A stretch of DNA of 63,465 bases, counting the filler, from Octopus bimaculoides (lineage: Eukaryota), in assembly GCF_001194135.2 (NCBI RefSeq). It is 6 parts of 6 records of this genome, joined end to end, with 100 filler letters (N's around TTAATTAATTAA, not from the genome) between each part and the next. Parts side by side here need not be neighbours in the genome. Positions count along the whole stretch, not along the records: positions 46,500 to 50,558 come from NW_026309558.1; positions 50,659 to 63,465 come from NC_068990.1; 4 more parts are not named here. One strand, given 5' to 3'. This document shows, piece by piece, positions 50,470 through 62,814 of this stretch. The notes beneath the pieces are model-generated. The model saw only the letters and a program-made list of their open reading frames with translations, made no database searches and had not been told where the DNA came from. The translations under genes were made by a program, and so were the position numbers. How positions within the stretch are numbered: position 1 is the first letter of the stretch; each line of letters starts with the position of its first letter.

Positions 50470-50558
50470 TTAGTGGCTATGTGGTAAGTAGCTTGCTTGC
50501 CAACCGCTTGGTTCCGGGTTCATTCTCACTGCGTGGTACCTTGGGCAAGTGTCTTCTA
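50470..50558 (+). mobile_element. SINE family A head cut by the scaffold end
   Basis: gtggctatgtggtaagtagcttgcttgcc...ggtaccttgggcaagtgtcttcta. Confidence 0.85.
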
Positions 50559-50658
50559 NNNNNNNNNNNNNNNNNNNNNNNNNNNNNNNNNNNNNNNNNN
50601 NNTTAATTAATTAANNNNNNNNNNNNNNNNNNNNNNNNNNNNNNNNNNNNNNNNNNNN
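50559..50658. other. Synthetic scaffold spacer
   Basis: 44 N + TTAATTAATTAA (50603-50614) + 44 N. Confidence 0.95.
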
Positions 50659-50705
<47 letters not shown>

Positions 50706-51393
50706 CCATACACACACAAACATAAACGTGCATTTACGTGCTCATATACACATCCCTGCACGCACACACGCATATACATACATACATACTTATTTATATA
50801 TATATATATATGCATATATATATATGCATATATATATATACGTGCATATATATATGCATATATATATATACGTACATATATATATATATAATTTTATATA
50901 TATATATATATATACATACACACACATACATGTATCAATATACACACACACACACATACGTATATATGTACGCAACTTGATCATATATACACAGATGTAT
51001 GCTTACAAATATATTAGACATTTATCCATATGGAATATACTCACGCATATACACAGATAAATATATATATATAAATACTCGTACAGGTATATATTCACAC
51101 TCACCGCATATGTTTTTTTCCTTTTTTAATTGCGTGATTGTATACGTGTGTGAGTTTATGTATATGTATGCATATATTAAGTGTGTATGTGTGTGCGTGT
51201 GTATATAAGCGTGTGTGTATATCTGCCGTTGTAAGTGTATTGATAGGAGGGTGTATATGTATGTATGTGCATATCTATATACATGCGTACATATATGTAT
51301 ATTCGTCTATTTACCTAATATCGAGGTTTTATTCTTTTCTTGTAATTTTATTATTATTAATAATATATATATATATATGTATATATATATATG

Positions 51394-51433
<40 letters not shown>

Positions 51434-52144
51434 NNNNNNNNNNNNNNNNNNNNNNNNNNNNNNNNNNNNNNNNNNNNNNNNNNNNNNNNNNNNNNNNNNN
51501 NNNNNNNNNNNNNNNNNNNNNNNNNNNNNNNNNNNNNNNNNNNNNNNNNNNNNNNNNNNNNNNNNNNNNNNNNNNNNNNNNNNNNNNNNNNNNNNNNNNN
51601 NNNNNNNNNNNNNNNNNNNNNNNNNNNNNNNNNNNNNNNNNNNNNNNNNNNNNNNNNNNNNNNNNNNNNNNNNNNNNNNNNNNNNNNNNNNNNNNNNNNN
51701 NNNNNNNNNNNNNNNNNNNNNNNNNNNNNNNNNNNNNNNNNNNNNNNNNNNNNNNNNNNNNNNNNNNNNNNNNNNNNNNNNNNNNNNNNNNNNNNNNNNN
51801 NNNNNNNNNNNNNNNNNNNNNNNNNNNNNNNNNNNNNNNNNNNNNNNNNNNNNNNNNNNNNNNNNNNNNNNNNNNNNNNNNNNNNNNNNNNNNNNNNNNN
51901 NNNNNNNNNNNNNNNNNNNNNNNNNNNNNNNNNNNNNNNNNNNNNNNNNNNNNNNNNNNNNNNNNNNNNNNNNNNNNNNNNNNNNNNNNNNNNNNNNNNN
52001 NNNNNNNNNNNNNNNNNNNNNNNNNNNNNNNNNNNNNNNNNNNNNNNNNNNNNNNNNNNNNNNNNNNNNNNNNNNNNNNNNNNNNNNNNNNNNNNNNNNN
52101 NNNNNNNNNNNNNNNNNNNNNNNNNNNNNNNNNNNNNNNNNNNN

Positions 52145-52185
<41 letters not shown>

Positions 52186-53289
52186 CATATTTATTTAAAC
52201 ATATATATACATACATGTGTCTGTATGTGTGTAGGTGTGTGTGCACGCGAGCGTGCGTGTGTGTGCGCGTGTGTCAGATGGTGTGAAAATATTCTGTTGA
52301 TTTTGCTGATTAGCATTTCTACCGTCTTCACCTATTTCTTTCCTAATACAGTTTATAACTAACCACCACCACCACCGCCACCACCACCACCACCATCACA
52401 CCTGAAATAGCACTTCTCGAAAACATTTCTCAATTATATTGTATTCGCTGGGGAATCTGGCGTTAGTTTTGGTGATCTGTATATAAAATATCTTTCAAGG
52501 TTTCAGTAACTCTCGAAATGTATTTACTGCTCTCTACTATGAAAGACATTAAGAGGATTTTATAATTCGTGTACACCTTACTCTTATGGCTAACAACAAC
52601 TGTACGCATAAGCATTTGCATGTATATGTATGCATACGTGCGTGCACATGTGGGGTATACGCATATATGTATTTATTGTGCCCAGTGGCTTTTCTTACTT
52701 TTTTATATTTTAAATATTTTGATGGTAATTTTTGCTATTTCTTATGCGTATGTGTTCTTATGTGTGTGTATGTGTTTCTTTATGTATGTACTTGTCTTTA
52801 AATATGTATTTTTCATAAGCCTACTTGTGTTGTGGCTGTGTTTTCTATCATTTTTATTATTCCTCTCTTTTTATCACAAACCAGTAAAAGGTAGTCAGGA
52901 CACCGAGAGCTTTTCTCACTCTATCTCACCCTGTCTCTGTCTCTTTCTTTCATTTTAGCTCTCTGTGCCTTTCTGTCTCTCTTTCTCGCTCTCTCCCTCT
53001 CCTCTCTCTCTGTCTCCCTGTATATGTATGTTTCTGTCTTTTTCTATTTTATTCTTTGGCTCTCCCCTCATACACCCATCTTTTCTAATTTCTCTCTCTC
53101 TGTCTGCCTCTCTTTTATTCTTTTATTTGCTTCAGTCATTTGACTGCGCCTATGTTGGAGAGCATACATACATACATACATACATACATACATACATACA
53201 TACATACATTCATACATACAAAATGGAATCATAGCCAACATATGTTACACTGAGTTTATGGTAAAGCTTACTGAAGAGCCCATATGAAA

Positions 53290-53920
53290 TTGAATCAAGT
53301 CAACGCGACTGCTGTGCTGGAAACCCCCAATCAAAGCTCAACATTATCTCAAAGGTTCTACTTATAAATGAAGTACCCTTTGCTTCATACAGAGATGTGT
53401 TAGCCGCACAAAAGGGTACGAATACTCACTCCCGAGTTAGATTGAGGAAAAATTCATCGTGATGCTGAAATCTTTCTAAGAATTACAATAGAGGTCGATT
53501 TAACAACTGTAAGTTTCTTGGAGGTTCCCTTAAACCTACTTAATAATTCGGGAAAACCATTTAGAAAACCGTGTGCTAAGTTCACCTGTTTCAACTAGAT
53601 TTTGTTGTTCTCTCACAAGATAATGTTTGAGAATTTGGTTGCAAATATCTTCAGGAAAATTTGCAATGTATCTTGCAATAATGTCATTTTTCGATAAACC
53701 TTTTCTATAACCCTTGGTTTCAAAGAGATTTTCTGTGACCCTTACCGAGGTCCCCAACCCAAAAGGAAAGGCGTCGCAATATCATCCGGTTCACACTTGC
53801 ATATTTGATAAATGCCAAAGCTAATATTAAAGCATTCTTAGGATTAATAAACGCAGAAAACTGTTTAACAGGAACAATCTTAAGTTAGCTTTAGTTCTAA
53901 GCCTAGCATGAAACAAGCGC
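53290..53920 (+). mobile_element. Penelope-like (Naiad-type) RT C-terminal fragment; inverted copy at ~56290-56610
   Basis: LRITIEVDLTTVSFLEVPLNLLNNSGKPFRKP (cf. L.ITI..N...VNFLDVT.NL....Y.PY.KP); RRRNIIRF..; KLFNRNNLKLAFSSKPSMKQ. Confidence 0.75.
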
Positions 53921-54262
53921 TTCCATATGTACCAATCCACCGGCTGCGATTATTTGCTTATGTAGAAATAAAAATACGCGCCGGTTAAATTGATCCTTCA
54001 AAATAGGGTCTAATGGATATGAGGCAGAAAGTAATGAAATCAAGCCAGATCACTTGCCCAACCGTGTGTGTGTGTGTGTATGTGACTTTGTGTGCGTGTG
54101 TGTGCGTGCGCGTGTGTGTGTGTGTGGGAGTGTGTGCATGTATGTACGCATGTATGTATGTATGTATGTATGTATGTATGTACGTACGTATGTATGTACG
54201 TATGTATGTTGTGTGCATGTATGTATGTATGTGTGTGTTTATGTGTTGTACATATGTGTACA

Positions 54263-54300
54263 ACTAGCAGAAATACCCGATGTTGCCCACGTTAAAGAGA
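54263..54300 (+). mobile_element. Possible Helitron/Helentron-type non-autonomous element head
   Basis: actagcagaaatacccgatgttgccc resembles ACTAG..TACCCG..GTTGCCCG heads; other end not identified. Confidence 0.3.
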
Positions 54301-54499
54301 ATAATGAAATTTAAAAATGCCGTCGAGATTACGCAGGTCTCAAATGCTAGTAGCTGAGATGCCAACTTTCTAAATTAATAACTCTCTAACTCATGTCAGC
54401 ATGGAACATAGACGTTAAGCGTGAAAGTTGTAAACATGAGTCACTGTAATGCAATCAGTATTTTTAGGTTCCAAAATGCTGTCAAAACGAATCTACCCA

Positions 54500-54625
54500 A
54501 AAGAGAAATATTGCTTCACTTGGAAACAGATAACAGGAGTGACAGGAAGGGCATTCGGTCGTAGAAAACATGCCTCAACAAATTCCGTCCGACCCATGCA
54601 AGCATAGTGAGCATTAAAACGATAA
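54500..54625 (+). mobile_element. Family C-related tail fragment
   Basis: gacaggaagggcattcggtcgtagaa...gtccgacccatgcaagcat...aaaacgataataataacgatg. Confidence 0.65.
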
Positions 54626-54638
54626 TAATAACGATGGC

Positions 54639-54683
<45 letters not shown>

Positions 54684-55528
54684 CTACTTGGACTTTAGGT
54701 ATATTTTTATTAGTATGTCGATTAAAGCACATCCACCGTTTGAGCTACCTGATGTCATCCACAGTTACGACATAATTTTCACTGGATCTACGTCAGGAAA
54801 TCGGCAGAGATTGTTGAGTTTATAATCAGTGCACTGATTCATACAACACAACTCGATACACAATATCCTACCCCTATGGGACAGATGCAAGATGGGTCGA
54901 AACGATCGTCCTGTTGAATAAAGATTCGTACTAAATCCACCTTCTGTTTCCTTCATCAATTATGTGTGTGTGTGTGTGCGTGCGTTTTCAGACCATGAAG
55001 ATACTGCAAAATGTAGTACCATATATATTTTTTTATTGCCTGGTATTTTTTTACTTGCTGCATAAACTAAAGTGTGTGCATGTTGTTTGATAACGTTATA
55101 TATACAGCTTTGATCAAAGAATTCTATCTAAATTTCTGACAATGAAACAAAAAGAAAAAAAATAATAATATGGAACGTTAATTTCGTTAATCAAGCTACA
55201 GGTGTATTTGCCAATGACCTAACATTAGTTTTCATTAAAAGCAGAACGTACTTTGTTCTTATCAAAATCACTTGGCAAATATGCCATGAAGCAAATCTTC
55301 ATGCATTTTCTTATTTGCACAACCTTCAATACCTTAATTACATTTTTTGTTATGTTATTTGACAATTTAAGGATGCATTCTTCTCACTGATTTGTTTACA
55401 GTCGAATTCCACATCGTACAGATTTTTATTGCTGTAGATTCGGTAAATCGTGATCTATGAAGTTAACATCTTAAAACACCTATTGAGACAGTAATGAACC
55501 GGAGTGGTGTTTACTGATATGTTGCATC

Positions 55529-55591
<63 letters not shown>

Positions 55592-56775
55592 CCTATTAAT
55601 TCGTAGTTTATCACATCCTTTTATCACATCTCTTTTTATCGAGATCTCGCGGTGATTGCTGCAATATTAACAAAAATAAAATGGATAATATCAAAAAATG
55701 AAAGTGGGAAAAATTCTAATTCGGAAACAAATACTGTGTACGCTTGTGTGCATGTTTATATATGTTTCGACCGTGTGGTAGATGACCAGTCAGATGCGGT
55801 GTGCTGACAGGATGAAATGAGGCAAGTTTTCTTTAGGTTACCTTTTCTAGGGTGTGGGGAGAAAAGATATCCCTAAAGAGGAATGCTCCGTCGTCAGAGT
55901 GGCTGCCGAACTATGCCCTTGCCCCGGTAGGCAGCAGAACCACCGAGTGCAGGTCCATGACTAGCAGCTCCCAGCGCCATCCTGCACCTGCCACCGTTAC
56001 CAGGACTTGGAAGAAGAAGTAGAGAGGGTGGAGTCACTGAATCCTGGGCAAGAGAACTGTGGAGGCGTTGGGTTGCCCAAGCCTAGGAGCTCCCTCTCGG
56101 TCCAGCCGATCTAGCTAGGAGGTACGCAGGACGACACATCCCAGCCACGACTGGACATCAGGCGCTGCCGGAGAGATGATGGACTTCATCACCTAACCAC
56201 ATGTCTTCTACGACCGAATGCCTTTCCTGTCACTCGTGTTATCTGTTTCCAAGTGAAGTAATATTTCTCTTGTGAGGGAACAACAGGGTCTAGTTGAAAC
56301 AGCTGAACTTAGCACGCGGTTTTCTAAATGGTTTTCCCGAATTATTAGGTAGGTTTAAGGGAACCTCCAAGAAACTTACACTTATTAAATCGACCTTCAT
56401 TGTAATTCTTAGAAAGATTTCAACATCACGATGAATTTTTCCTCAATCTAACTCGGGAGTGAGTATTCGTACGCTTTTGTGCAGCTAACACATCTCTGTA
56501 TGAAGCAAAGGGTACTTCATTTATAAGTAGAACCTTTGAAATAATGTTGAGCTTTGATTGGGGGTTTCCAGCACAGCAGTCGCGTTGACTTGATTCAATT
56601 TCATATGGGCTCTTCAGTAAGCTTTACCATAAACTCAGTGTAACATATGTTGGCTACAATTCCATTTTTTTTGTTTGTATGTATGTATGTATGTATGTAT
56701 GTATGTATGTTTGTATGTACTCGAACATAGGTGCAGTCAAATGACTGAAACAAATAAAAGAATAAAAGACTACCG

Positions 56776-56940
56776 AACCCTAATCCTAAACCTAATCCTA
56801 ACACTAACCCTAACACTAACCCTAACCCTAAAACCCTAACCCTGACCCTAAAACCGTAACCGTAACCGTAACACTAATCTTAACCCTAACCGTAACCCTA
56901 AACCTTAACCCTGACCATAAAACCCTAACCCTAACACCCT
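56776..56940 (+). repeat. Degenerate interstitial telomere-like array (TAACCC)n
   Basis: About 27 hexamer-length units with variants taatcc, taacac, tgaccc, taaccg, aaaccc. Confidence 0.85.
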
Positions 56941-57657
56941 AGTGAAAATCGTGGTATATTTACAAAACATTGGCGAACATGAGTTATATTTTACTGAATG
57001 ATTGTGTACTTGCACGTGTATGCGTTTGAGAGAGAGAGAGGGAGGAAGAGGTAGAGAGAAAGGAATAGAGGTAGTTAAAAGTTTTCTTATGACGGCTTCT
57101 CTTCACTGCCTATTACTTCATTAGAAATCTAAGGATGCACATAAGCACATAATAGAGAAAAATGAAACGAATATGGACGACTTGCTCCGAAACACCACCG
57201 AGTGGGGAACACTTCTCAAAAATAAACTACAGTTGTTTCCTTCAAAATTCCTACATGCTTTAAATGTACATACATCAAGGTGTATTTGTAGAAACTTTCA
57301 GGAAAAAAATATTCATTTTCCTGGAAGTTAAGAGGAATTTAAGTGGAATTTCCGAAAATTGTCCACCACCACCTCCCAAAACACTTTCAACGAAAATTTT
57401 CAAATATTCAAAATCTGTAGTTATGCCACATTGACGAACATGAGTTATATTTTTGTGAATGATTGTGTTTACTTGCACGTGTATGCGTTTGAGAGAGTGG
57501 GAGAGAAAGAGGTGGAGTACGGGAGCAATGTGTATGTTGTTGTCACAGGTCACGTATGTGTGGTTGTGTGTGTTTTTACGTATCTATGTTATGAAAATAG
57601 GTAAAGAATACTGAGAGGAAAGTTTAATCTATGACTATGTATGTATCACTTTCTCTC

Positions 57658-57705
<48 letters not shown>

Positions 57706-58184
57706 TCTTACTCTCTATATTTTTATGTTGAGCGCATGTATAAGAACGGCGTTCCAGGTAGAAGGGAAGAAATATAAAAGTTGATAGAAACAACAGCCAT
57801 ATCTCCCTTAAATCACACAAAGTAAACCGAATTTAAAAAATCTAATTACTGCACTGGAAAGTTCACATCGAGAAAATTNNNNNNNNNNNNNNNNNNNNNN
57901 NNNNNNNNNNNNNNNNNNNNNNNNNNNNNNNNNNNNNNNNNNNNNNNNNNNNNNNNNNNNNNNNNNNNNNNNNNNNNNGTGTGTGTGTGTGTGCATGTAT
58001 GTATGTGTGTGTGTGTGTATGTATGTGTGTGTGTGTGTGTGCATGTATGTATGTGTGTATTTATGTACGTTTGTATGTATTTATGTCTGTCTGTCTATAT
58101 GTATGTATATATGTATGCTTATATACATATAGATTGGCATGTTTTGTTTTTAACGTATGTATATTCATTCATTTAGATTCATAT

Positions 58185-58625
58185 ATACTTAAATGATAAA
58201 GTTCTGGAAATTTCTAGAGATTTTTATATCTCCAATGTTAGATTGGATCTGTAGTCTTCGAAACAGCTTTATCGTTTCTGGCTTTGAGAAATCTGATCTC
58301 TCAGAATTGGTATTTAAGCTGCGTGTTACATACCCTAATGCCCCAATAGTAATAGATATAAACCAGAACTTGTTATTTGGATAAAGTAACTGCAGATTGC
58401 TCAATAGTTCAGTGTTGCTCTATGAGAGACTGCTTTGGTGATCAATGTTACTATCATCTCTGAGCTTTCTTCTTTGTAACATATCCATGCATGGTCTTCT
58501 GCTCAAACTTGCTCTTCCTTTCACAAAATTTTATGTTGCGGTAAACACGTGCGACTTCTTTGGGCATGTATTCAAGATTATCACACAAGGAATGCTGCTG
58601 AAGGAACTGCCTTCCAAGCCTTATG
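58185..58625 (-). mobile_element. R4/Dong-like retrotransposon 3' fragment with internal deletion
   Basis: GRQFLQQHSLCDN..PKEVARVY..FEQKTMHGYVTKK joined directly to LSNLQLLYPNNKFWFISITIGALGYV..KLFRRLQIQSNIGDIKISRNFQNF*. Confidence 0.7.
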
Positions 58626-59044
58626 ATGTTATCAGCCTTATGTATGTATGTATGTATGGATGTATGTATGTATGTTTGTTTGTTTGTTTGTTTGTTTGTT
58701 TGTATGTGTGCGTGTGTGGCATAAAATATAAGAGTCAAATACTGTCATTTAAAAACTATTTTTTTTCTCAATTAAACATTTACAAAAGGAAGCGTAAACT
58801 AGAAATTTAAAAAATTTTATTTTTGAAAAAGAACAATGAACAATATAATAAAAAAGTATTTAACTGTGGTTACTAAGTAACAATACTGTAAAAATAACTC
58901 AACTTAGAAAAGGAGTTGGAATATTGTTTAAGTAACTCAACCAGTAGAACAAACGTATTTACACTATGTACAGGTATTGCAGGAGATGGTTGTTTTAGTC
59001 CTTAAAATGTAAATACGATCGCAAGAATAGATGTTAGGGTCTCT

Positions 59045-59620
59045 AGAATACAATTATGATCAAAAGATAGATGGTATTGTCTGTACAGTGTAGCTCACGT
59101 GATTGGGGTTATAAGGTGTACAACAAAATTATGATCACAAAAGATGTAATCTGTACAATATAATTATGACCACAAAAGGTGTTACAGTTTTTACAATGTA
59201 GTTAGGATCACGAAAGATGTTACAGTTTATACAATGGAGTTCTGAACACGAAAGATGTTATAGTTCCTACAAAATAGTTATGGATGACGAAAGATGTTAT
59301 AGACCCTACAATGTAATTATGGTCACAAAAGATGTTATAGTCTGTACAATATAGTTATAATCACAAATGATGTTATAGTCTGTACAATGTAGTTATGACC
59401 ACGTGATTGATGTTATAATTTGCACACTGTTGTTACGTCCCTAAAAATAGATGTCATACGCTTGACAGTGTATATATAACCAAGACCTGATTGTTAAAGT
59501 CTGTTCGAAGTAGTGGCGATCAGGATATAATTGGTATAGTCTCTACTGCAATATTTAGATCAGGAGATAGTGGTCATTATTATCTCTACTGTATTATGTG
59601 AGATCGAATGTTGATGGTTG
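59045..59620. repeat. Degenerate ~38-bp minisatellite
   Basis: Consensus tacaatgtagttatgatcacaaaagatgttatagtctg; best units 59200-59400, decaying outward. Confidence 0.85.
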
Positions 59621-60099
59621 TAGCTTCGATCACATTATTCATATCAAAAGAAGTATTTTATTTTTTTGATGTTATTTGCGGGAAGAAATAGCTCTTTTAG
59701 ATTTCATTATTGTTTGTAAGACATGAAACTGGTAGCCCAATCCTGGTTCTTGAAAAGTTTCGATGTTGTCAGTTGGAGGAGTTTGATGTTGAAAATAATC
59801 ACAAAGCTCTTTTGTAATAGATGGTTCACACAGTGATATTCTTACATCCTTCAGGAGATTGTTGTAGGCGTTGTTGTTGTTGTTGTTGTTGTTGCAAAAG
59901 CTATCCAATATTCTCTCCGAAGGAGGGGATTGTTTATGATAGTTGACCATGTTATATTTAGCAGACCAATGGCTGTTAATGAAATATATCAATGTTACTT
60001 TTAAATGACGCTGGTTGTTGTTATGTATTACCTCTGGGACGGAGTGTTTAAAGTATCAATGTTCTTGTGAACAACAGCTGGGTACTGTACAGGAAGATA

Positions 60100-60640
60100 T
60101 ATTCCGAATAATTGTTGAATGTTATGAATACATTCTCCATATTATAGTGAACAATTGTTGTTTGTTGGTGCACGAAATACTGCCTTCGTATTATGGCGAA
60201 CAATTGCTGTTTGTTGGTGTAGAAATACTGCGTCGTTGTTATGGTGAACAATTGCTCAATGTTGGTGTAGAAATATTGCCTTCGTGTTATGGCGAACAAT
60301 TGCTGTCTGTTGAAGCACGAAATATTGCCTTCGTATTGTGGTAAACAATTGCTGTCTGTTGGAGCACGAAATATTGCCTTCATATTATGGTGAACAATTG
60401 CTGTCTGTTGGAGCACGAAATATTGCTTTCATATTATGGTGAACAATTGCTGTCTGTTGGAGCACGAAATATTGCTTTCATATTATGGTGAACAATTGCT
60501 GTCTGTTGGAGCACGAAATATTGCCTTCGTTTTATGACTAACTGTTGCTGTTTGTTGCTGCACGAAATATTGCCTTCATATTGTGGTGAACAATTCCTGG
60601 CTTTTGTTGTACAAAATATTTCCTCCATATTGTCGCTGCT
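60100..60640. repeat. 49-bp minisatellite (~10-11 units)
   Basis: gaacaattgctgtctgttggagcacgaaatattgc(c/t)ttcatattatggt; central units near-identical, two 48-bp variants. Confidence 0.9.
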
Positions 60641-62539
60641 TGTTAGGGGTACTCTTCATGTTGTTAGCAAGAGTCGCATGATATGAATATGTCAACTTTA
60701 ACAAAAACTGGATGTTACAGGAGTTTCATATCCTATGTACGTCTATTCCTTGCTATGTTCCGTGGATTCTCGGTGTTAAATATGTGATCTTTTTTATATT
60801 TATTTGGAACGTGGTGTTACGGAGTGTTCCTATGTTAGTTTAAACATTAAGAGATATAATCTGACCAATCATTGAAGCTTTATATGCTGTCGTTGAAATC
60901 GCAGCCAATCACTCGCTAATTAAGAAAGGGCATTAGTTAATCAATGTAGCCTGACATATATACTGTCAGGATAAATGAGATTGGAACAACTTTGATCAAG
61001 GTCAGCCAACATGTGACAGGGTTGATCTCTACTAAAACAACATCTACAATAAGCTGTATGGTTGTTAGTAGTGTTAGTAGTGTTAATAGTAAGGGGAGAA
61101 ACCTGTTAGTAGGATTAATAGGGACCTTAGTGGTGTTAGTGGGGTTACGGGTGAAGGGAGATGGCGAGTTAGTGGGTTAGTCCTACAACTTGACTGTAGG
61201 TTGTTTAGCCCTCGAAATCAATCCCTAGCCCAGAAGACCTAGCTGTGATACAAGCCATGCCAGCCACACTCATCATTTCAGTAGAGCCCAGACTTCACTC
61301 CTTAATGTGGCCTTCTTTTCAGATGTTATTTGAGAGGGATTTAGCTTCTATATTTGTTGGTTAGCTGTAGAACTATTTATCCTGCAACACTCGCAGCCAT
61401 TTACTCATTGTTATATCTAACAACAGTTGACTGCTTTCGATTAACACCTTGTTGCAGGCAGCCAGGCTGTGATGTTATACAGTTACACCTTGTTTACATT
61501 GAACAAGATTGAAGGGTTACTAACTTACACCCAGTATTTAACAGCAGCTGGAGGTTATAAAAGTATGTCTCTCATATCACTATTATGTTTAAAGTAAGAT
61601 GTTATAAGGCGTTGCATTTAACACGAGGTAAATGTTATCAATTTGCACTTTGTTATATTTAACAGGAGTTTGTAATACCTATCTACACCATGTTATATTA
61701 CTCCTCATAAAATATTGTTATAATATCGATATCTGTTCATAGAGTTCTTTTCTCTCCTTTCCAATATTTCTGTCTCCTTCCATCTCTCAAGATTTCAATT
61801 TTAGAGTTGTTATCATTAAGCCCTGCATCGTTCTTCTTTTCTGTTATTTTTATCTCACTGCTACACATTGTTCTTATAGCTACAGTCTGTTATCTCGACA
61901 TTAGCCTTTTATATAACTGTTATCAATGTTTCTTTTAGATCTTTTGTTTGTACATATGGTTTTGTCATTGCTATAACAGTTCTGTTATCATTTAACTTTT
62001 CACTCTCTTCAACAAATATTTTCTCGACTGTTGTTCTTTTCATATAATAAATTGTATCGAAATAAGCCTCATTTTTCCTTCAGTTTTTGGTCAACATCAT
62101 TCTCAGTGGTAGTGGCGGCTGTGGCCGCAGCGGTGTTTGTCTAATCAATATGACATTTATACTTACATCCTCCACGTCTAATTCATTCTTAATGACAGAC
62201 TTTGATCTAGAAATCCCGCATGTCACTTAGTTTCTTTGATGTTATCCTCATTTTCTGGGCTCTAATTCTTAATATTTTTAGTATTTTAGATCAAATCTAA
62301 TTCAGAAAACCAAAACAATAAGTTTATCCCAAAAATTCTTTTCCACAAATAAACTGGGGTTGCGATATTTCTAATGAAAAATAAAAGTTTGTGAGGGAGC
62401 ATCTCTATGGATTGAACCCTAGAAAGTTTGTAAAATTTGTAAGGAATGGAGTGTGGACGATGTTATTCTGGGACCCCACAAAATTATTTCAGTTCTTATA
62501 TATAACAAAAATAGGGATTATAAGTGCTTTAAAGGGACA

Positions 62540-62692
62540 GGGCGTGAGATTAAGTGGGTCGCTTTGCAACCGAGTGGCTTTCGGTTCAGTCCTACTGCTG
62601 AACACCTTGGCTGCCTCTTCTACTGTGGCCTCAGGTCAAGCAACGCCTTGTGAGGGGAGTTTGCAGACGGATACTGTATGGAAGTTCGTCGC

Positions 62693-62743
<51 letters not shown>

Positions 62744-62753
62744 NNNNNNNNNN

Positions 62754-62814
<61 letters not shown>

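Larger units (their letters stand above)
53111..56769. repeat. Long inverted duplication: 53111-53620 with 56268-56769, and 54501-54572 with 56200-56272
   Basis: Base-by-base reverse-complement match with scattered substitutions; arms contain a SINE A tail, (CATA)n and a PLE RT fragment. Confidence 0.9.

Noticed and set aside
59045-60640. Regularly spaced repeats as a possible CRISPR-like array
   Set aside because: Units are head-to-tail with no unique spacers, the genome is eukaryotic, and no cas-like ORF is present.
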